Shown here piece by piece: positions 41,503 through 52,607 of a DNA stretch of 64,000 bases (positions are counted from its first letter, which is position 1; every line of letters begins with the position of its first letter). Origin of the DNA: Nitrosopumilaceae archaeon (GTDB lineage Archaea > Thermoproteota > Nitrososphaeria > Nitrososphaerales > Nitrosopumilaceae); assembly GCA_965207375.1 (NCBI GenBank), contig OZ242274.1, positions 64,001 to 128,000 on the forward strand. The letters run 5' to 3'. A model generated the notes under the pieces. The model did no database searches, had not been told where the DNA came from, and worked only from the letters and a program-made list of their open reading frames with translations. The position numbers and the translations under genes are program-made.

Positions 41503-43135
41503 GTAACACTTCGACTTTCTGAAGTTTTCTTATAAAGCCAAATAGCAAAATATATTGATCACGTAATCATAACATAAATCGTTGATTTCGGGATTTGAGA
41601 TTACCGATATTGATTGGAATAACCCAGATGTTATCAAAATACTAGAATTTTTCAACAAAAGATTTGATGCTGTAGAAAAGGAAAACACACAACTAAAAGA
41701 CAAAATAAAACAGCTAGAAGATGAGAATTTAAAACTAAAGACCAAACGGCACAAATCAGGCCAGGTCACGTAGCTATAACAAAAGAGAGTTCAAGGAATA
41801 TCCACATACAGAAACCAGACCTGAGAGAAAGACAACATATGAGACCAGTCCAGATATCAGAAAAAAGACAGTAGACATGCCGCACTGTACAAACTGCGGC
41901 AATATACTGTCTGAATCTGCAAATTCGTACACCAGAACCATTGAGGATGTTGTAGATGGAAGATGGTGCAGTACCCAATGGACGATCCTGCGTCGTTACT
42001 GCAAAAACTGTAAATCTCAACAATCTGCACACGTGCCTGAGGTACTCTCAAACGAGCACTATGGCAATAACATAATGGCCATGGTCGTAGTGTTACGAAA
42101 CATGTCAATATCATTTGAAAAGATACGTCTCATCATATCTATGATGTATGGAAAACACATACCTGATTCAACCCTAGTCAAAATGTGTCACAAGGTATCT
42201 GATATGTGCAGACCCCTGTATGATTCTCTGCTTGAGGATCTAATCAAGGCAGGCGTGATATACGGAGACGAGACGGGTTGGCACCTTGACGAGAAAAGGT
42301 TCTGGGTGTGGGTATTTGCATCTCAATACATTCGATTATTCCACATAGCACCTACACGCAGCAAGCTGGTAGCAGAGGCAATACTGGGCGAATTTGACGG
42401 AATTACGAATTCAGATTCTTATCCGGGAGGGAACGATCTAGGTAAAGAGCAGCAGAGATGTCTGTTACATTATCATCGCGACATGTATCGCACCAAAGAC
42501 GGCACTGATAGTGACGAGTTTAAGAAATTATTTGAAGAGTTGCACAACATATTCAAGAGTGCACAGGATGCATGGGATGAAAAGGACATATCATCAGAGC
42601 TGATAGATTCGTTACAGAACAGAATAGATACGCTTGCAGAGCAGCAATATTCTGACAAGGATTGTAAGCGATATGCCAAGCGGCTCAAGAGAGAAAGAAA
42701 TCAACTACTTACATTCCTGCGTCATCCTAATGTTGAATATCACAATAATACCAGCGAGAGGGCGCTACGAGGTGTGGCTCTGATGCGCAAAATACTGTAC
42801 GGAAATATATCTAAGAGAGACCTAGAAACTACAGAAACGCTTGCCACAATCTATGCCGCCTGCAATGTACGCAGAATCAATCCGTATCGATTCTTTAAGG
42901 ATTTTCTTGATGGCAAGGTTACTGACATACCAATGCCTGTGGCATGTCTTCCCGTGTGTGTAAAACCACAACTGCCGGTACTAGCAGCTGCTGCCTAGAT
43001 ATTTCCTTATAGTAAAAGATACTGTTTCATCTGATGTTTTGATACGGGTACAATACCCAGACATATTGACATGTCAGTAATAATTTCTGCTGTCAAATTG
43101 ATTTTCCAGACAACTTCAGAAAGTCGATCTGTTAC
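41503..43135 (+). mobile_element. IS66-family element A (frameshifted transposase: 41582..41773 + 41877..42998)
   Basis: 24-bp TIRs GTAACACTTCGACTTTCTGAAGTT / AACTTCAGAAAGTCGATCTGTTAC (2 mismatches); motifs GDETGW, SDSY, QRC..H, NN.SERALR; no TSD. Confidence 0.88.
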
Positions 43136-43349
43136 AATTATTTTTTATGTGCATCCATTACCGTTTTGATTCCGTGTTTCTGTCAGGTTGGTAAATCTGA
43201 GGATATTGCACCGGCTGGGACAGGTAACTTGCACACGATGTCATTTATTTTGTCATGCTGTATCAGTAGATTTCTGTACACATCACCTATGATATGCCAT
43301 GTCTTGACCCCACGTTGGCGTGCTCTACGTAGACACGTATCCTCGAGTG
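43136..43349 (-). pseudogene. IS5/ISL2-type (DDE_Tnp_4-like) transposase remnant, interrupted by IS66 element B
   Basis: Joining across element B gives RIHSRIRVYVEHA / GVKTWHIIGDVYRN...DKINDIVC; homologous to 53806..54046. Confidence 0.7.
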
Positions 43350-44844
43350 GTACTTGTTCACGTGGTGTCTACAATTTCACCATTTGTTCAAATTTTGATC
43401 ACCATCAGATCTAAATCATTCTGACTCACAAGTTGTATAATGAGTACCATCAACTGGAAAAGTGCATACAAAAAGGAACACCGAAAAGTCCTTCTTCTTG
43501 AATCTCTAGTATCAAGTTTACAAAAAATCATATTACAAAAAGATGACCTCCTACTACAAAAAGATAAAAAAATTCAAGAGCTTACCAAACGTGACAACTA
43601 TCATGACAATTCCAATACTCCTCCATCTAAGGATTCCATTACACGCAAGCAGGACCGCAAAATACGTGCAGAGAACAAAAAATCTACTGGAAAAAAACAG
43701 GGAGGACAACCTGGTCGCACAGGTGTAGCCCGCAAGGTCAAAGTAGATGAAGAAAAAGAGCACAAATTAGACACGTGTACCAAGTGTGGTTCTCAAGACA
43801 TACACCATACAGACACCAAAATCAGGATAATAACTGATATTGTGAAAACTCCTCCTCCACATACTTGCAAGCACAAGATTCATGGGTATCATTGCAACTG
43901 CTGTGGAGCTACTGACATTACACCCGAGGTTGACATTCCAAAAAAGGGTCAGTTTGGAAATGAAGTGATAAAGGAGATAATGGATAATCACATACATCGC
44001 ATGCCGGTACGTATGAACAAGGAGGCCATGAAAAGACGTGGAATCGAAATATCTGAAGGAGGTATTCAAAACATCATAGATACAGTCTCTGATGCGTTAT
44101 TTGTGCCTGCAAATGAGATAAAAGAAAAGATACAGGAAGCCGAGATTCTGATAGCAGATGAGACATCAGAGCGACTGCATGGAAAGACTATATGGTTGTG
44201 GACGTTTCATAATCCAATTACAAGTGAGAATTTCTATATAATTAATCCCAGCAGGGGAGCAAACGTACTCAAGGAAATAATAGGTGACTCACAAGATATA
44301 ATCATAACCTGTGACGGATGGCCTCCATACCGCAGATATATCATCCAGAGATGTAACGCGCACCTAATACGTGAAATCAAAACAATATCACAAAAGAATC
44401 CAGATTCTAAAATTGCAAAAAATACACTGCAATGCCTACAAAAGATATACCATGACGGCAAACATGTCCTAGACAAACCACCTGATTACCGAAAATCATA
44501 TGCTGTACAATTGGAAAAAAGAACACGTAACCTTGTCAAAAGGTATGCCAATGATGAAATTGTGGGTAAATTTGTAGCAAAACTGTCACGGGCCATACCT
44601 GACATGTTCCGGTTTGTCATAGACCCTCGTATACCATCTACAAGCAATCTTGCAGAGCAGAGCCTGCGTGAGTATGTTGTGTGCAGGAGAATACGTGGAT
44701 GTCTCAGATCTGAAAAAAGTATGGAGCGTAGAGGCAATCTGTATACGTGTGTTACTACCTGGAAGAATCTGGGACAGGATTATCTAGCAGAGCTGGTTCG
44801 GTACATTTAGGGCCAAAAATGCTCAAAAATAGGTGAACAAGTAC
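43350..44844 (+). mobile_element. IS66-family element B (single-ORF ISBst12-like), apparently intact
   Basis: Perfect 12-bp TIRs GTACTTGTTCAC / GTGAACAAGTAC; 8-bp TSD CTCGAGTG at 43342-43349 and 44845-44852. Confidence 0.95.
43440..44810 (+). CDS. IS66-family transposase
   Basis: NSNTPPS, GGQPG, zinc finger, ADET, CDGW, QRCNAHLIRE, TSNLAEQSLR. Confidence 0.93.
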   Translation: MSTINWKSAYKKEHRKVLLLESLVSSLQKIILQKDDLLLQKDKKIQELTKRDNYHDNSNTPPSKDSITRKQDRKIRAENKKSTGKKQGGQPGRTGVARKVKVDEEKEHKLDTCTKCGSQDIHHTDTKIRIITDIVKTPPPHTCKHKIHGYHCNCCGATDITPEVDIPKKGQFGNEVIKEIMDNHIHRMPVRMNKEAMKRRGIEISEGGIQNIIDTVSDALFVPANEIKEKIQEAEILIADETSERLHGKTIWLWTFHNPITSENFYIINPSRGANVLKEIIGDSQDIIITCDGWPPYRRYIIQRCNAHLIREIKTISQKNPDSKIAKNTLQCLQKIYHDGKHVLDKPPDYRKSYAVQLEKRTRNLVKRYANDEIVGKFVAKLSRAIPDMFRFVIDPRIPSTSNLAEQSLREYVVCRRIRGCLRSEKSMERRGNLYTCVTTWKNLGQDYLAELVRYI

Positions 44845-44970
44845 CTCGAGTGTATCCTCTGATTTTTGACATGTTTTCTGATTTCTGCAAATTACCATCT
44901 TTTTCGTGCCCAAAAGGCATACCGCAAGTCAATATCAATTTTAATATAATGAAGGCACGTAGGGTATGCA

Positions 44971-46167
44971 ATGACAACAAAAAACGCAAAGACAGTTCTG
45001 TTTGCTTCTTTGATTGCTGCAATGATTCTACCATTATCATCTACAGATATGGCGTCAGCAGAAGTATCATCTGATATTGAAATTAAAGAATACGAACAAA
45101 AAGCTCTAAGAGATAATGAGGTATCCGCTGATAAACTACTCAAAAGAGTAGGAGATAAATGGTTATCAAGTTACAAAGACACACGACATTTTAACACATC
45201 TGAGGAAGCTGTAAACAAATTTGTTGAAAGAAATAGTATGAAAGAAGGTTTGAATAAAGAAAATGCAAAACTTATTTCTAAAATTCACAACTTTGAAACA
45301 ATTACAGAATCTGTTGGAAGTGGCCATGAAATTGTTTTATTAATAGCTGAACTACAAAAAGCTAAAGGTAAATACAATCCTAGTGAACCAGTTTCCAAAT
45401 ACCATGATTGGATTGCAAATCAATATACAGTACCTACAACCAAACAGGGAATTAAAGACAGATTAACAGAGATTCTCGGCGATGAAAAATTTGTTAACTT
45501 GGCAAAAAAACATGCTAAAAATTTTAACAAATTATCTGAACTCGGCAGTGTTCCATTAGATCTAGTCATCTCAGATGAAGATTATTGGGGTGAAATTGGT
45601 CACATAGCACAATGTGAACGAGATGTAAATTGTGATGTTAATCTCTTAAAGCACCAACCAGGAGCAACAGCAGAAGAAATTGAAAAAATACAACAACTTG
45701 AAGCTCAAGTCAACGATGTATCATTTGATCTATGGGATCTAATTTTACCTAATGCACATGCAACATGGAAACAGACGTTCGTAAGTTCTAATCTTTATGC
45801 AAAAATACAGTTGGAATCATGTTACTATCAGAATTGTGTAGAAACATGGCAAGAATATCCATCAGGACCACAAGTAATTGATCATGATAGTTATGGTTCT
45901 CCTAACTTGGAGCATGTTTACAGAGATTCCTCCATGTATTTCTATGGAAGAAATTGTGACGCCTATAGTGGCTCACAAGCCATTATCAATAAAGTTACAA
46001 CAACCCCATATCTCGCACAAGTTTTGAAAACAAACTTGAGTGATAGTGATACAAAGATCAATACATGTGCAGTAGGTTACCATTATGATTCTTCATCAAG
46101 TCATGATTGGATGGTTGGAATCAAAGTAGACACACCTGGTTCATACTATTGGGTTTGGATCCCATAA
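44971..46167 (+). CDS. Exported hypothetical protein
   Basis: Signal peptide MTTKNAKTVLFASLIAAMILP, typical of thaumarchaeal exported proteins; paired Cys; internal LILPNAHA motif. Confidence 0.8.
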   Translation: MTTKNAKTVLFASLIAAMILPLSSTDMASAEVSSDIEIKEYEQKALRDNEVSADKLLKRVGDKWLSSYKDTRHFNTSEEAVNKFVERNSMKEGLNKENAKLISKIHNFETITESVGSGHEIVLLIAELQKAKGKYNPSEPVSKYHDWIANQYTVPTTKQGIKDRLTEILGDEKFVNLAKKHAKNFNKLSELGSVPLDLVISDEDYWGEIGHIAQCERDVNCDVNLLKHQPGATAEEIEKIQQLEAQVNDVSFDLWDLILPNAHATWKQTFVSSNLYAKIQLESCYYQNCVETWQEYPSGPQVIDHDSYGSPNLEHVYRDSSMYFYGRNCDAYSGSQAIINKVTTTPYLAQVLKTNLSDSDTKINTCAVGYHYDSSSSHDWMVGIKVDTPGSYYWVWIP

Positions 46168-46185
46168 TCTTTTCTTTTTTTAGAA

Positions 46186-46836
46186 ATGACTGTTAAATAT
46201 ACTCTAAACAAGAAAAAGTACATTATGAAAACAAACAAGGTTCTCAGCCTAATAGCAATTGGAGTGATTGTGCCCATATTTACTATAACTGGATTAATTC
46301 CCATGTATTTGCATAGTCTAGATAATGATCTTCCAATAGTAGAGTATGTTTGTATAACTGGATTTTATCCAACAGATTTTGCGGGTTGGAAAAGTTACGA
46401 TAATGACACTCATTATATTGATATGGACGACTGTAGATGGATACCCTACCATGAGAGGCATATACAACGAGTGACAGAAATGGAACATGACATTATAGGT
46501 AATGGAAAATATGTAGAGGTAGAATTTGATTATGAAATATCAAGTGGCAGTGTAGATTCCATGCATTATAATTTAAAAAATAATTCTTATGATATTAGAA
46601 TTACCACAACAAAGGCAGGGTTATTTAGTGTGGATATTCCTACAGATCAGAATGCACTTATGTTTGATGAGTGTGAGCCAAATATTCAAAAATATTTTAT
46701 TTTTATTGGTGGCAATTTAACACAATATGAATTAATTGAAATCTCACCAAATTTGGAAAATATAAAATTCAATTATTCTTCAAATGCACACGATATTGGA
46801 ATTTTTTTGAATTGTCAACCACAGACAGATACATAA
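46186..46836 (+). CDS. Membrane-anchored hypothetical protein with a PEFG-protein-like beta domain
   Basis: N-terminal TM helix; YEISSGSV...GLFSVDIP segment resembles the domain preceding the PEFG tails at 28-32 kb, but has no PEFG tail. Confidence 0.7.
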   Translation: MTVKYTLNKKKYIMKTNKVLSLIAIGVIVPIFTITGLIPMYLHSLDNDLPIVEYVCITGFYPTDFAGWKSYDNDTHYIDMDDCRWIPYHERHIQRVTEMEHDIIGNGKYVEVEFDYEISSGSVDSMHYNLKNNSYDIRITTTKAGLFSVDIPTDQNALMFDECEPNIQKYFIFIGGNLTQYELIEISPNLENIKFNYSSNAHDIGIFLNCQPQTDT

Positions 46837-46875
46837 TTTATGAGAAAATAACCACTAAAATTCTTTCATGTATTT

Positions 46876-47160
46876 TGGAGTGGACCCCTTGTTTTAGTAC
46901 CACTTTTTGCATGATTTTACATGCACCTTCTGTCATTTATCTTTCGCCCTCCACTGTGCAACGAACTCGTCCGGTGTGAGATATCCTATGGATGAATGGA
47001 TTCTTTCAGAGTTGTAATCTACAAACGCATCTTCCAGAACCTGTGCGGCTTCCTAGTAGCTGGCAAACTCGTGCGGCCAGACATACTCTTTTTTGAGGGT
47101 CTTGTGGAATGACTCCACATGGCCGTTCTGCTCTGGCGTGTTCTTCCAGATGAACTCATG
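46876..47160 (-). pseudogene. IS3-family transposase 3' remnant
   Basis: Manual translation TPEQNGHVESFHKTLK / ...YNSERIHSSIGYLTP with a frameshift and a stop; terminus TGGAGTGGACCCC. Confidence 0.8.
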
Positions 47161-47563
47161 GTAAGTGTTAACGTCGTTTTTACCCATCTAGAGGTATTTT
47201 ACCATCTCTTCTAGATAATTTAGTCCGGCATTTCTAAGTCATCACACATGAAAACAGATTGCCCAACGTCTCCATACTTTTCTCAGATCTGATCCCACCT
47301 CGTATTTTTCTGTGTACAACAATCTCACGCAGTGCACGTTCTGCTGTATTGTTGGTAGGAGGTATGGTAGGGTCCAGTACAAATCTGAATAAGTTTGGCA
47401 AGGCTCGCCCCAGCTTTCCCATGAATCTTTTGAGATTGTGCAGTGGAGTGCATGTATCGATAATCCTCTTTACACGACGATACAGATTGTGCCGTATTTT
47501 TTTACGCCGTTTTGGAGTGATCCCCTCTCTTTGATACCACTTTTTGCAATAATTTATGCACAC
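47161..47563 (-). pseudogene. IS66 3' remnant abutting the IS3 remnant
   Basis: PPTNNTAERALREIVVHRKIRGGIRSE; GTAA terminus at 47161. Confidence 0.85.
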
Positions 47564-47684
47564 TTTTCACCTCCAATTATCTGTTTGGTATCGCCTGTCT
47601 CTCTATAGTCCCAAAAGTAGTTCACCCCCTCCGGTTTTGACTGTGCCAATCTAGACTGCAACAATCACATTGCGTCCATATACT

Positions 47685-47781
47685 AGATCTTATGCATAAT
47701 CAAATCTTGAATTAAAAATGCTTAATTTTTAGCCTTTATTTGAAAATTTTATTTTGAATTGATCAATTGTGCATGAGGTCT
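47685..47781 (+). mobile_element. 97-bp MITE, copy 1
   Basis: Ends AGATCTTATGCATAAT / ATTGTGCATGAGGTCT; 3-bp TSD ACT. Confidence 0.88.
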
Positions 47782-48177
47782 ACTGTTGCAGACACCAATG
47801 TCGCAGAGCGTCTGATTGTACAGTACGGTTGGGTTGTACGCAGGCACGCTGCCAAACGGCAAAGTGGTGTTGCATTAGCCACAGCAGCGGCAGTCAAAAA
47901 AGAGTTCACCCCAAGTGTAGTAGTGGGCCCGAAGGGATTCTATGTATTTTGCTTCAAAATTCTGTCCCATGACAGGCACCAATACGTGTTCTAAAAAAAC
48001 TGATTCCAAATCCAGCGTTTCATTACCATGTGCTCTGTCAAATAACTCCCTACGATTTGATCCGAGTATCGAGTCGCAGAGAGTTATGCAACAGAGTATG
48101 CAGAAGACTCATACAACAGTATCTGTTATGCAAAAGAATGAGACGTCATAGTTTAGTTCTAGATAGAGAATGATCAT

Positions 48178-50085
48178 ATGATATTAAAATTAATTCAAGT
48201 GAAGAATTTTCGTTCCATAAAAGATGAGGTTTTAGTCTGTGACAATCTGACTGCTCTTGTGGGTGTAAACGGTTCGGGAAAGTCTTCTTTTTTGCACGCA
48301 ATTGAGTTATTTCAAAGCAAGTCACCGCGAGTAGATGAAGAAGATTACTATGATAGGAACACTATAGAGGACATCGTAATAGCTATAACATTCAAAGATC
48401 TGTCGGAATCGGCAAAAAACCGGTTTGCAAAATACATACAAAACGATGAACTAACAGTGGAAATGGTCATAACATGGAATGATGGTAACTCAGCCCGAAG
48501 ATTTCATGGTTCGATACTACAGAATCCGGATTTTAGTGAAATTATCCGCGAAGACAAGGCAGAAAATGCAAAGAAAATATACAATGAGTTAAGAAAGAAT
48601 GAAGATTACAAACACTTTCCAAATTGGTCAAGTTTCTTAAAAGCAAAAAAATATCTCGAGGATTGGGAAACCGAAAATTCCAGCAAGTGCGACAAAATAC
48701 GTGATGATGGGCAATTCTTTGGTTTAAATGTACAAAGACATCTTGAAAGATTTGTAAGATTTTTGTACATACCATCAGTACGTGATGCCGCCGATGATGC
48801 ACAAGAAGGAAGAGATTCTGTCCTGACCAAACTGATGAATTTAGTTATAAGAAAAAATCTGGAAGAAGAAGAAGATATTAAAAAATTTCTGGAAGACACC
48901 AAAAAAAGATATGTCAAGATGATGGACACATCAAAGTTGGAGGAACTAGAACACCTAGAAGAAAAGATGACTAAGACTCTTCAGAATTTTGTGCCCGATG
49001 CCAAAATAAATCTAGCATGGCAGTCTCAGGAACCAGGAATTAAATTCCCAGATGCGGTAGCGAATGTGGTAGAAGATGACTATCAAACAACGGTAGCTAG
49101 GACTGGTCATGGACTTCAAAGAGCTTTCATAATGACTATGTTACAGCATCTATCAATTGCACAAGCCGACAGTACAAAAGAGGAAGCATCATCTTCTGAC
49201 GAATCATCTACACTCATACTTGTGATAGAGGAGCCAGAACTTTACCAACACCCTAGCAGACAACGTCATCTTGCAGAGGTATTCCTTTCGTTAGCAAAAG
49301 GGACGATGCAGGGAGTTTCTGGAAACACACAAATTATTTACAGCACACATTCTCCCCATTTTGTTGGCATTGACAGGATAAATCAAATCAGACTATTGCG
49401 AAAAATAAAGACCGATGCTAAAAAACCAAGAACAACCAGGATATTCAGTACTAATCTGAACGAAGTTGCCACCGAATTATCAAAAGTATGGCAACAATCT
49501 GGATTTACTGCCAATACTCTAGCACCACGCCTTCAAAGGATCATGACGCCGTGGATGAATGAAGGGTTTTTTTCAGATGTTGTTGTTTTGGTTGAAGGTG
49601 AGGATGATCGGGCGGCCATTATTGGTACAGCAGAATCACTCGGTTATAAATTTGAAAGTATGGGAATTTCTGTAATTCCATGTTTTGGAAAGACCAATGT
49701 GGATAAACCCGCGATAATATTTAGAAAATTTAACATTCCTGTTTATATCATATGGGATGGAGATAAAGGGAAAAGAGATGCGGTTGCACAAGAAAATCAC
49801 CGTCTTTTGTCATTGATGGACCAAGATAAGGAAGATTGGCCATCGAACATAACCGATACTTTTGCATGTTTTGAAACAAATATGCAAGATTTCATGAAGA
49901 GTGAAATTGGTGAAACTCTGTTTGAACGTTACATGAATGATTGTAACACAGATTTTTACATGAAAAGGGACCAAGCCCTGAAAAACCCAGCCGTTATTTC
50001 TACAATTATAAAAAGAGCAAAACAAGAGGGTCAATCATGCAAAAAGTTTGAGACAATTGTGAAGAAGATAATAGGTTTGAAGTGA
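48178..50085 (+). CDS. OLD-family ATP-dependent nuclease (ABC ATPase + TOPRIM)
   Basis: KNFRSI, Walker A GVNGSGKS, IEEPELYQHP, STHSP, TOPRIM VEGEDD and WDGD. Confidence 0.92.
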   Translation: MILKLIQVKNFRSIKDEVLVCDNLTALVGVNGSGKSSFLHAIELFQSKSPRVDEEDYYDRNTIEDIVIAITFKDLSESAKNRFAKYIQNDELTVEMVITWNDGNSARRFHGSILQNPDFSEIIREDKAENAKKIYNELRKNEDYKHFPNWSSFLKAKKYLEDWETENSSKCDKIRDDGQFFGLNVQRHLERFVRFLYIPSVRDAADDAQEGRDSVLTKLMNLVIRKNLEEEEDIKKFLEDTKKRYVKMMDTSKLEELEHLEEKMTKTLQNFVPDAKINLAWQSQEPGIKFPDAVANVVEDDYQTTVARTGHGLQRAFIMTMLQHLSIAQADSTKEEASSSDESSTLILVIEEPELYQHPSRQRHLAEVFLSLAKGTMQGVSGNTQIIYSTHSPHFVGIDRINQIRLLRKIKTDAKKPRTTRIFSTNLNEVATELSKVWQQSGFTANTLAPRLQRIMTPWMNEGFFSDVVVLVEGEDDRAAIIGTAESLGYKFESMGISVIPCFGKTNVDKPAIIFRKFNIPVYIIWDGDKGKRDAVAQENHRLLSLMDQDKEDWPSNITDTFACFETNMQDFMKSEIGETLFERYMNDCNTDFYMKRDQALKNPAVISTIIKRAKQEGQSCKKFETIVKKIIGLK

Positions 50086-50115
50086 TAACCATCTAAGCGA
50101 AATGTGGCCAAAATT

Positions 50116-50370
50116 CTACTCTGGCGGTAGCTTGGACTGACGTATCAACTTAAAATCCATTTGTACTTTGAAAACTAACATGGTCATAATACTCTGACTT
50201 TGTGTATCATCACAAAGAATGCCTTGATAATTATCCACTCGTTGTACAGTATCAGCAAATAATAAAAACACAACATTCTTGAATCGTGTCTTGGTCCTGC
50301 ATTCCTCTATCTTGCCGTATCCGGATTCTATCCCCAATCTACTTGTATATTCTGTAACATCTACAAGTAA
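50116..50370 (-). pseudogene. ISH3/IS4-like transposase 3' remnant
   Basis: EYTSRLGIESGY (compare YxxRWGIETGY); after a frameshift CFYYLLILYNEW. Confidence 0.6.
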
Positions 50371-50445
50371 TCATATGTGCCCCGATCAAGGAAATTATCT
50401 GATAAAGTCATAAAGGAATTTTTGGTTCATTTCATACCTAAAAAA

Positions 50446-50613
50446 TCAGTTTGTAATCCTTGCTAATTTCTTTAATTCGTCTTTTGTCAAGGCAAGTCTG
50501 AATAAAACTGCATCTGGATTCTTTGCATTTTTGGCCTGTGGATAAAAACTGATGACGTACTTTGAGCCGTCTTTTTTGATATCATATGGACGGCCGCCAA
50601 TGGTATCTCGCAT
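50446..50613 (-). CDS. Small basic hypothetical protein
   Basis: 55 aa MRDTIGGRPYDIKKDG...LTKDELKKLA; co-oriented downstream of the DUF262 gene. Confidence 0.6.
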   Translation of the reverse strand: MRDTIGGRPYDIKKDGSKYVISFYPQAKNAKNPDAVLFRLALTKDELKKLARITN

Positions 50614-50704
50614 AATATTTGATAAAATCGGTAGTTTATAGAGTTGTCGAAATCCATCCAAATGTGTGTTGCATACAAGTTATAATTTACATACACGATA
50701 TGAA

Positions 50705-52582
50705 TTAATTTAAATTCCAAATCTGGTCAGCGTATTTTGCAAAATTATCTTCTCGCTGTTTGATTATATTTGCAGTCCATTCATCATAATTGCATACTGT
50801 CTGCTGGTTAATTTCAAGCTTAGAACCTACATATCCAATCTGAACTCCATTGCTGTCTTTTTGAAATTTTTTGATAGAAAATGGAAGATTGGAATTATTT
50901 GTGTTCACAACCTTGTGTAATAAGGTAAGATTTCCTAGTCGATTCTTGAATTCATCAATTTTGGACTCTCCATCATATCCTGCAAAAAATGCTTTCATAT
51001 CCCATTTCTCAGAGTTTTGTGGAAGTATGTGTTCTAGGGTAAGATCATCTATAGGTCTTACGTCATCATATTTGGTACCAAGATGTATAGAAATTTGTTG
51101 TAGTATGTATTTTACTGCATCTTTCTTAGGATCCTCCATGAATTTTTTAAAGTTGTAAACAAAATCTTCATGGTCATCATACTTTTTGAGTTTATCAATA
51201 ACTGCCTGATAAGAATCGCCAGAGTTAATCATTCCAACTATTACATCAATTATTTTTTTGATATCGCCAGGGTGTTCCTTCCGTATGACTCTCACTTTAA
51301 AGAAAAACTTGACCAAAAATTGTACTAGCTTAGAATAGTCATTTGGTTTTTGAACATACCACTGACGATATGCTGCAAGTAATGGAACACGTATGAATTT
51401 TGCCTTAAGTATTTTGATTACATGTACATCATCTTTACTGTCTTCGTCAAAGTATTGGGAAGGATCAGATAATCCTGATAGATATTCAGCATCTGTTTCT
51501 AGTTCCTTTATAAAGTCCTCACATGATTTTTCGTCAGTTACAATCTTTTTGATAATCTTATACAGATTCTTCTTTGACATAGAAAGTTTTGGTTCCGAGT
51601 TATCAGATTGATCATATTTGAGACGAAGTGAATTACGTTCTTTATGTCGCGAATAATAAGATTCCATAATAAATTCATCATCTTGTTGATTGTTGCCTAT
51701 AACCTTATCGAAGATATTGTTCCAACGATCACTTTGCTTCTTTTGCATATCTAATGTCTTAATTTTGTTCAAGATGTGGTTTTTAATCAAATTTGATTTG
51801 GATAGTGTTTGTCCCCTTTCATTTAATGTCTCAAATATTTGAAATGCAGTATTATCATCATCAACCATGATCAAAACAACATAATTGTAGTCACATACAA
51901 AATCAATAAAATAGCTCATTAAAGGAATGTTATGCTCCATGTGTTTTGTCTCACGATGTTCATCATAATCTTTAGAAGTTGAATTTGAAGTATTTGGAGC
52001 AAAATCATTAGCAAGACATAACAATAATTTTTCGTGTAATAAATTATAATTTTCAACAAGCAGCTTATTAGATTTTGTTTTAAATTTTTTATTTTTAAAA
52101 CGCACCGCTTGGGATTCTTTATCATGTTCATATTTTTGTATTTCATTGAATAGATCCTTATCAGTATCATTAAGTTCTAATTTCCATCCAAGTTCTTGGC
52201 CCATACTTTTGTTGAGAAGAAGATTATCAATCTTGTTTACGCCCTCAATTTGATTGTACTCATACATTATATCTCGCACAACACAAAACAACATCGTGAG
52301 TGTAGCTAATCTTTGCTGCCCATCTATTACAAGGAATTCCTGTTCTTCTTTACTAGTAACAAGTACCATAGGTCCAAACAGATATTGTGCATCAGGTACA
52401 GGTTCAGCTCGGTTTTTGACAAGATCAAAACTTTCCAAGAGATCGGTCAATAATGCTCCTACTTTTTCTTTGTCCCAATCGTAGTTGCGTTGAAATCTTG
52501 GAACTTTAAGCAGCTGTTTTTGGGACAATAATTGGCCAATAGATACAGCTTTTGTATTTGCAAATTTATTATTAAACGCCAA
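50705..52582 (-). CDS. DUF262 + DUF1524 (HNH) protein, GmrSD / SspE-like
   Basis: VPRFQRNYDW, IDGQQR, FETLNERG; C-terminal TLEHILPQ...LGNLTLL..N. Confidence 0.92.
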   Translation of the reverse strand: MAFNNKFANTKAVSIGQLLSQKQLLKVPRFQRNYDWDKEKVGALLTDLLESFDLVKNRAEPVPDAQYLFGPMVLVTSKEEQEFLVIDGQQRLATLTMLFCVVRDIMYEYNQIEGVNKIDNLLLNKSMGQELGWKLELNDTDKDLFNEIQKYEHDKESQAVRFKNKKFKTKSNKLLVENYNLLHEKLLLCLANDFAPNTSNSTSKDYDEHRETKHMEHNIPLMSYFIDFVCDYNYVVLIMVDDDNTAFQIFETLNERGQTLSKSNLIKNHILNKIKTLDMQKKQSDRWNNIFDKVIGNNQQDDEFIMESYYSRHKERNSLRLKYDQSDNSEPKLSMSKKNLYKIIKKIVTDEKSCEDFIKELETDAEYLSGLSDPSQYFDEDSKDDVHVIKILKAKFIRVPLLAAYRQWYVQKPNDYSKLVQFLVKFFFKVRVIRKEHPGDIKKIIDVIVGMINSGDSYQAVIDKLKKYDDHEDFVYNFKKFMEDPKKDAVKYILQQISIHLGTKYDDVRPIDDLTLEHILPQNSEKWDMKAFFAGYDGESKIDEFKNRLGNLTLLHKVVNTNNSNLPFSIKKFQKDSNGVQIGYVGSKLEINQQTVCNYDEWTANIIKQREDNFAKYADQIWNLN

Positions 52583-52607
52583 TATGTCTAATCCAACTTA
52601 CAGCAAT

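Noticed and set aside
41700-41880. Programmed frameshift in the IS66-A transposase
   Set aside because: The downstream frame is +1 relative to the first ORF and I see no clear slippery site; mutational decay is more likely.
47767-48151. Short ORFs upstream of the OLD gene
   Set aside because: Two start inside the MITE and none shows a recognisable motif; probably spurious or remnants.
48178-50085. Gabija system
   Set aside because: No adjacent UvrD-like GajB gene.
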